Shown: positions 56,901 through 64,000 of the stretch, one piece after another | Numbering within the stretch: position 1 is the first letter of the stretch | Layout: each line of letters begins with the position of its first letter | Assembly (NCBI GenBank): GCA_951406725.2 | Contig: OX597817.1 | Span: 102,424,001 to 102,488,000 of the forward strand | Direction: 5' to 3' | From: Octopus vulgaris | Lineage: Eukaryota | DNA length: 64,000 bases | The notes under the pieces: generated by a model | The model's database searches: none | What the model was told of the DNA's origin: nothing | Seen by the model: only the letters and a program-made list of their open reading frames with translations | Made by a program: the position numbers and the translations under genes

Positions 56901-57829
56901 ACTGCCACCCAGACATACACACAGACACACTCACACATCCACACGCACACATACGTACGCGCACACTCGCAGGCTCGCGCACACACGCGTTTGCGCCGGT
57001 TCGCGCACGCATGCGCCCGCATGCACCTCGCCCTTGGATCCGACGAGACCTCCCGCCCGTTCCTGGGATGTCGCTTGTCGTTGGGTTTTCCCACGCCCGT
57101 CTCCGCGGGACCACTCCTCCATCTTCCCCTCCGCTGGAGTCCTTTTCCTAAAACCCCCCCCCCTTTTTTTTCGTTACACACACGCGCACACATATACACA
57201 CATTGCTTAAACATATACATCACTCTTACACACATTCAATCTACTCGCCACTAATACTACCACGACACTGGACACACACACACACTACTACTCAACACAC
57301 GCTGGCACGCTACATACGCCCCCACCCCTTCCCCTCCCTCCCTTCCTCCTTCCTCCCTTTTCTCACTACTGACCTTTGTCTGCTATGCTGCTGCTATGCT
57401 GACCACCGTCTCGCCCTACCTCACACGCCTACACACAGACGCACACACTAACACATACATATATTTTTTGTTTTTTTACCTCGCCTCACACACACACATA
57501 CACACACGCACACGCACACACTCACACATACACACACATCTGTTGCGTTACCAACCTTGTCTCCACTCTTTTGCCTTTAAAAACCCACTTTGCTCTTGTT
57601 ATCGTAAACATCCGCCTTTCACCATGTGCTTCTGCTAACACCAGCCGTTTTTTTCTCTATCTCCGTTGCCCGCTCCGGGATCTTTCTTTCCTCTCTCTTC
57701 CTTCTTTATGTTTCCGACGAAGAGCTCCGCTCGAAACGTCATACCTCCCTGCTTCCATTTCCTGAGCGCCTATTAATAATAATACTGTAATTGTTCCCTT
57801 GTTGTTGTTTTTTGTTTCCCGTTTGGATT

Positions 57830-57833
<4 letters not shown>
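53899..57833 (+). mobile_element. Penelope-like retroelement: thumb-linker-GIY-YIG (to 54819) plus about 3 kb CA-rich 3' region
   Basis: KPTDSHLYLNFSSSHP...LRLRRLCSRDQDFETQ; CSRSRCNTC; GLIYCIKCNLCGMLYVGQTGRRLSDRFTEH...PHGLN. Related to the 1-748 element. (TA)n at both ends; terminal GTTTGGATTA. Confidence 0.9.
57714..57741 (+). ncRNA. Minimal PLE-type hammerhead motif (core U-to-C variant)
   Basis: CCGACGA-A-GAGC-UCC-GCUC-GAAAC-GUC, about 90 nt before the element end. Matches the minimal HHR pattern of PLE pLTRs. Confidence 0.65.
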
Positions 57834-57870
<37 letters not shown>

Positions 57871-57919
57871 TATATATTCATATATGTGTGTGTGCTTAGA
57901 GAGAGATAAATAGACAGAG

Positions 57920-58130
57920 AAAGCCTGTTTGTGTGTGTTCAATCACCGCTTGACAAACCGGTAGTGGTGTGCTTACGTCCCCGTAACCTAGTTAGGCAAA
58001 AGAAATAGAATAAGTACTAAGCTTCAAATTATAACAAAGGTACTGGGGTAGATTCATTCGACTAAAAGTTATTTAAGGCGGTACCCCAGCATGACCGCAG
58101 TCTGATGACTGAAACAAGTAAAAGATAAGT
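57920..58130 (+). mobile_element. SINE family A 3' half
   Basis: caccgcttgacaaaccggtagtgg...cagcatgaccgcagtctgatgactgaaacaagtaaaag. Confidence 0.75.
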
Positions 58131-58256
58131 AGTGGTCTTCGATCGTTGCAGCTCTACTCTGAGATAAGTCCCGCCTTAAGAGATATGTCCCGCATTATGA
58201 CTACGTATTTCGTCATCTCTGCAGGACTGGCCCGAACAGCGTACCTCGCTGACTAC

Positions 58257-60300
58257 ATTTCTTTATTTGGCCACACAGGGCCTAACACAGAGTGGACAAA
58301 CAAGGACAGACAAAACATAAAAGTGGGGAAAAATAAAATCGAATGAAAGAATAGTAATGATAAATGAAAAGGTGGAACGACATCAACTCGAACCCCACGC
58401 TCCAGATAACGTCACTGGACATTTTTAGAAAGAGTTTTTAAACAGTTATTTTATTTTTGCCACTTTGTTCATATTGTGTTGTGTTATATATTCAGTATTC
58501 ATTTTGAGGTAACTTTTTTTCGTGTCTGCGTTTGTAATGTTTTTGTCTGCGTTCGTATCTGTTCTTGAGCGTTTATTTTTGTCTCTTTGTCCTTGCTGTA
58601 TGTTGCTTGGGATCTTTACCTTTTGACCGGCAGATTTAGAAAATAATTTTTTGTAACTAAACACTTTCAAACTTCGGACACTGGTAAAATGTGTCATATA
58701 AAACATCTTTTACTCTTAGCGTTTTTGAGAAAACTTTATATTTACGAAGTTATTTCGTGTTAAAATTGTCGTATTTCGGTAATTTCAACCAATGAGATGT
58801 GTATTCAACTGAATATAATTACTGCTGTTATTTGTCAACAACAAATTCCGGCGGCGTATATTTCGTTTGTCACTGTTATTTATGACATATTTCATCTCAG
58901 TTACGTTTGTATGAACAAACGAGTGTATCTGAAGCATGTTTACTTCATGGCACCACCATAATCGTTCGTGCATTTCTACTGCTTTTAGTTTTAGTTTTCC
59001 TGTTTTTCAGCTACTATTTTCGGAAATACTTTTTTGCCCCCTACCCCTACCCCTCCAATTTCTTCACTTTTCATTTTTTCCGTAACTCTAGCCCTAAAAC
59101 CCTAACTCTAACCCTAGCCCTAAAACCCTAACCCTAACTTTAAAACCCTAACCTTAACGCTAAAACCCTAACCCTAACCCTAAAACCCTAGCCCAAAAAC
59201 CCTAACCCTATAACTCTAGCCCTAAAACCTTAAAGCTAAAACCAGTACAAATGCACTAACGATATCATAAGTAACAGTGACAAACGAAATATACACCGCC
59301 GGAATTTGTTGTTGACAAACAACAGCAGTAATTTTATTCAGTTGAATACGTATCTCATTGGTTGAAATTACCGAAATACGACGATTTTAACACGAAATAA
59401 CTTCGTAAATATAAACTTTTCTCAAAAATGCTAAGAGTAAAAGATGTTTTATATAACACATTCTATCAGTGTCCGAAGTTTGAAAGTGTTTAGTTACAAA
59501 AAATTATTTTCTAAATCTGCCGGTCAAAAGGTAAAGATCCGTTGCTTATGTTGTATATTCAGTGTTTTTTTGGGGGGTATCTGTGTCCTTTTTGCTGTCT
59601 GCGTTTGTAATGTCTTTTGTCTGCGTTCGTATCTGTTCTTGTGTATTCGTTTTTAAGCTTTTTGTGTTTTTTGGAGGAAGAGAACGAGAATTTTTTTCTT
59701 CTTCCTCCCTCCAATTGACCATTCCTCCTCACTTACCTCGGTAGATGTGAACGGTCCAGCTTCCTCCGGCACGCAATTCTCCTTCTCCACTATCTTTTCC
59801 GCTTATTCCTGCTCCTCTTCCTCCTCACCTGGAGCTTCCTCGTTCGGCTTCTCTTGCTGTTCCTTTGGTTCATCCTGTTTTTTTCCCCTGTTCTTCAGGT
59901 TGAAAGGGTCTGGGAGCACATTTTCCTTACGTGCCTCTTCAGTCCGCTCTCGAAACATCTTGGGATTCTGCCCTGGACCGAGATTCTAAGTTTTGTCTCA
60001 TCCGGCAGAATTATAAATTCTGGAATTTCCTCCAGTACCGCTGGTGTGGCTTGAATTGCCACCCGAAGACTCCCGCCATACCATTCTGCACTTTTTTCTC
60101 TTCGAACTCCAGCAATGTCACCTCTTCCTTCATATTAGAACAAGTGGCTGCCAGAAGCCACGCCGATCTAATTTCAGGTGAATAAACTTCTACTGCGGTT
60201 TTTGTGGTTCTTTTGCTAATGTACGATGGTAAAAGAGCCAGCTCGTTCGTCAGCAGAGTGATCGCGGAATAATCCCTCGCGTCCTATTCTGACATGGCTG
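58257..60300 (-). mobile_element. Tx1/L1-like LINE derivative: ORF1 remnant joined to 3' UTR, ORF2 absent
   Basis: The minus strand reads LEEIPEFIILPDETKLRISVQGRIPRCFESGLKRHVRKMC (decayed CCHC knuckle), then a K/E-rich tail, and ends ...GTGTGGCCAAATAAAGAAAT. Confidence 0.6.
58610..59540. mobile_element. Merlin-like long-TIR MITE with central CCCTAA-type repeats
   Basis: Same TIRs as 31807-32461; TSD GTTGCTTG/GTTGCTTA; about 150 bp of ccctaa/ccctaaaa variants. Confidence 0.88.
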
Positions 60301-60455
60301 ATATTGTGACTGCACTGATTGTCAACAGATGGAATGACCCACTATTTCCAGTGTTGAAGAGATTCGATACTGATTTCGCAATTCAAGTTCAAATGTGTTA
60401 ACTTTCAAAACAGCTGTTTCCTTACATATAACTGTTGGTAATATATTCACTAGAC

Positions 60456-61180
60456 CAGTGGTTCCCAAACTTTTTAGAGTCGCGACCCACTATTTATCAC
60501 ACTAGTTTATGACGACCCACTTAACTCTACTGAGTAAAAACATTAAGGAAATTAACAAATTTATTTCAGATTACATCATCAGTGAGGCCTGTGAGAAGGA
60601 TGAGCCTGTTTCTTGCTATGCTCAATAATAGAATTAACATCTCTTGATCTATCTACCATCTAGTTGCTGTCTATTCCAATCATTTCATTGGCTAATTGAT
60701 AGCCTCCTGGTGATCACTCCTATACTTTTTAAATAATTTATAAACTTACTAGTGAAATCCATAATGTCTTATTTATTAAATTTTTTTGCTATTTATATTA
60801 AATGTGAAACAAAACGTTTTATAACTGTTTCAACGTCTCTATACCCTATGTGTAAATACTAACACTAATACAAAACCTTGAAGTGGTTACTGTTATCGGC
60901 TCGATTAGTGTTATACTTCGCCTAGTTAAAGTTCTCTATAAATAGGTAAAAACAGACCTTTCCTTTTTACGATTACGTACGAATAAATAACTTGAGAAAA
61001 TGACAACCACTGATTTGTTAAGTTCGTGAAAAAGCCTACTGCTTGATAAAACAACAAGTCTGGTATTGAAAACATAAGTCTTGAACTATCTCGATAGACA
61101 GCAGTTAATCAAAGCTAATGCGTAATTTTATAACTTTTTGCGACCCACTAAGATTCCGTTCTTATAGTTTGGGAACCACT
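60456..61180. mobile_element. hAT (Charlie-like) non-autonomous element
   Basis: CAGTGGTTCCCAAAC and GTTTGGGAACCACT termini, subterminal GCGACCCAC motifs, and a CTAG-containing target site. Confidence 0.85.
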
Positions 61181-61279
61181 AGACTTTTATTTAACGCCTG
61201 CAATCATACATATGCTTCATCGTTGTCCTAAAGTCTCAAAAGGGATTTAGATGTGGATAATATATATGCTACTTCTGAA

Positions 61280-61490
61280 AGCAGTGTGCTGGCAGAATCG
61301 TTGGCATACTGGACAAAATACTTAGCGGCATTTCGTAACGTCTTTACTTTCTGTGTTCAAATGCTGCTGAGCTCAACTTACCTTTCATCCTTTCAGGGTC
61401 GATAAAATAAGTACCAGTTGAGCCCGGGGTGATGTAATCGACTTTATCCCTCCTCCGATATTGCTGGCATTGGGCAAAAATTTGAAATCA
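61280..61490 (+). mobile_element. SINE family B
   Basis: ctggcagaatcgttggc...cctttcatcctttcagggtcgataaaataagtaccag. Confidence 0.8.
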
Positions 61491-61894
61491 ATATATATGC
61501 AAGTATTTTGAAGACCAGTTATGTTCGTCTTATTTCACACAGACTTTCTATTATGACACTAATTAGCTCTTAATTAGTCAAAGAATACTCAGTGATAAAT
61601 AGTATGTACTGTGTGTGTCTGTTTTGCTGCTTACATCGCTCCGGAATATTCTTAAACTGAAAATCTCTCGATTGAGCGCACTAGAATTTACTTCTTGCTT
61701 CTGTGAAAGAAATTTCTGAGAAAGAAATTTCATCAGCGTATAAAGTGTTCGTTCTGTCCCCGTTCTTCCCGTTCACTTCATATCGTCCCCTTGAATATAT
61801 ATGATATATATGTATGTATGCATGCATGTATATGTGTGTGTGTACATATATACTTGCGCGAGCGCGCACACACGCATGCATACACACACACGCG

Positions 61895-61958
<64 letters not shown>

Positions 61959-62599
61959 CGTGAATGGGTATAGTTATCATCATAGAATCAAAATAAACTC
62001 ATAGTCGCCTTTATAATTAGCATATTTTTATGTGACCTGAAAGAGAGGGGCAGTCGGCCCCAGTTTTATGCTCCACTGACAGAAAATATAAATTCCCTAA
62101 GATTCTCTATTCCAACAAACAGTCCCCAGAACTATAAACTCTACCTTGAGATTATATCTGCTCACTTAACGATAATTTAATGACATGCACTGTTGTATGC
62201 GAAACGAAGAATAATTCAAGACATACACATATATGTGTGTGGGTGTGTGCACGTGTGCGCGCGTTCATGTACAAGTGTGTGTGTGTATGTGTGTGTTTGC
62301 ATGTGTGTGTATAAATGCTACCCACTATCTTACAGATAGTGTTTTGCCAGTGACATGCGCTTTTATGTGTAGTGATTTAATGGTATATCTATATGTGTGT
62401 GGGTGTGTGTATACATACATATATGTGTGTGTGTGTGTGTGTGTGTGTTTGGATGGATGGATGTGTTCGGTAATAAAACATATACCAAAGAACAGATGAG
62501 CAAATCATAATTTGTGATAGCGAGATATTCCCCAGCAAAAGAGTTCAACAAATTTTCAGTAAATAAGGAAATTGCCATCATGGTTTTTAAAGACAAAAA

Positions 62600-63886
62600 A
62601 ACCCCCAGATAACTGATTTACAGAAGACCATCAGCCATGTGACGATACATATTGCTTGCAAACAAGCCACTCACTATACGACTTACCAACAAAAAGTGAA
62701 AATAGAAATGATGTTTGAGGTAGCAAAAAGAGAATTGCAAACTGATCGCCCTCAAGCAGGAGCTAAAAGCTGTCAGTAAGAAGCTCCGACATCAGAGGAG
62801 AATAACCGAAAGAAAGGCAAATAAATAGAAAATTCACCCGGAATCAAGCATCAGTGTACAGAGCCATGAGAGGGGAAACAGTAAATATTACAGAGGCCCC
62901 TGCACGAAAAGCCATAGACTCCTTCTGGAGTAAAATCTGGAATGAAGAGATAGAGGTTAACCGAAATGTTTTGTGTCTGAAGAAATTCGAAGTAGTTATT
63001 GTCCATGCATTACACCTAGGACATACAACGGGAAATATCAACCAAATACCTGATGCACAAAAGGGACAGAGCCGTAGGAAAAATACCAACATGTGATAAC
63101 CGATGCAGATTTTGCGGAGTTAACATCGATGATACCACCCACATCATAAGCAATTGTCCATAAATGTTATCGCGGTATTATCAACCGATGAAACATGATG
63201 TAGCCAAGACATTGTATAATGAGATCCGTCGGAAGATAATCCTGAGGCCAAAGAGATAAGAAGCCACAGTATGGTATAGGCCATAGATACTCATAAGAAA
63301 GAGTGTTGATGGAAAATCCCAATGAAAATCTCAATAAAAAGTAAACATAATAGACCAAGCGTAGCTTTTGAGACTGAGAAGAGAAACTGTATAATATTGG
63401 AAATCAGCTGCCCAGCGGATGTTAACATAAAGCTAATGATCAGCGAAAAGGAAAATAACTTCTCTGAACTACTGAGAAATTTGCAGTTACTCTACCCAGA
63501 TTACAAGTTATCAAGGCACTGGGATAAGTAACATATTACCTAAATACCAATCTTGAGAAATTAAGCTTCTCAAATACCAGAAAAGAAACCTGATTCGAAG
63601 ACTTCAGATCCAAGCCATCAATGGAACTGTAAAATTTTGTAATACTTTCCAGAAGTTTACTATTTAAGTATGTATGTCTAGATATGCAACAATACGCATG
63701 GAAATACATACATAAAACAAAACATACAAAACTACACATGCACTGAATCCAAATGCTGCACATATATACACATACTTATAAAAATACCGTTGAGGTTGAA
63801 GGAACCTTGGATCTGGGTTAGAAACCGACTCTTTTTCTATTGCAAAAAATCTTGAAATAAAACTGAATATTGACATACATACATAC
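62600..63886 (+). mobile_element. R4/Dong-like RLE LINE, internally deleted, with (CATA)n tail
   Basis: IDSFWSKIWN; KHNRPSV...CIILEISCPADVNI...EKENNFSELLRNLQLLYPDYK. The 3' UTR is homologous to 9715-10130. Confidence 0.75.
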
Positions 63887-64000
63887 TTAAATACGTATAT
63901 GACTACTCCAATAATAATATCTAAATGAAAGATCCTTGTTTCTAAGCCAGAAAAAGCCTCTCACAATAAAATCGGGAAAATATGCATGCATACTTACACA

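Noticed and set aside
55326-57254. 642-aa His/Thr-rich ORF
   Set aside because: It is a translation of a CA-rich low-complexity tract that rarely forms stop codons. It has no domain, and overlapping frames are also open for long stretches.
58100-58122. CTGATGACTGAAACAAGTA hammerhead-like string
   Set aside because: It is a point variant of the SINE tail (ctaatgactgaaac) with no room for stem II.
59080-59235. Telomeric repeats as a chromosome end or fusion site
   Set aside because: They are degenerate and enclosed within MITE TIRs with a TSD.

Overview
AT-rich, microsatellite-saturated animal non-coding DNA. The SINE families, repeat landscape and TTAGGG repeats suggest a mollusc, probably an octopus (inference). 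No intact host gene is supportable; nearly all listed ORFs are translations of microsatellites or decayed transposons. The window holds three Penelope-like retroelements (RT and/or GIY-YIG), Tx1/L1, R4/Dong and RTE LINE fragments, mariner and Tc1 transposases, a deleted RepHel Helitron plus non-autonomous Helitrons, hAT MITEs, two Merlin-like MITEs carrying telomeric repeats, and many tRNA-derived SINEs. The main hidden signal is a set of hammerhead-ribozyme motifs. One is canonical (35876-35968), one inverted pair has a long stem II (3038-3126 and 3645-3733), and others are minimal or degenerate. They sit in Penelope 3' ends and in short ORF-less, (TA)n-anchored, often inverted-repeat modules, suggesting a (TA)n-targeting Penelope/retrozyme-like system. 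Boundaries were read by eye and are approximate unless termini or TSDs are quoted.
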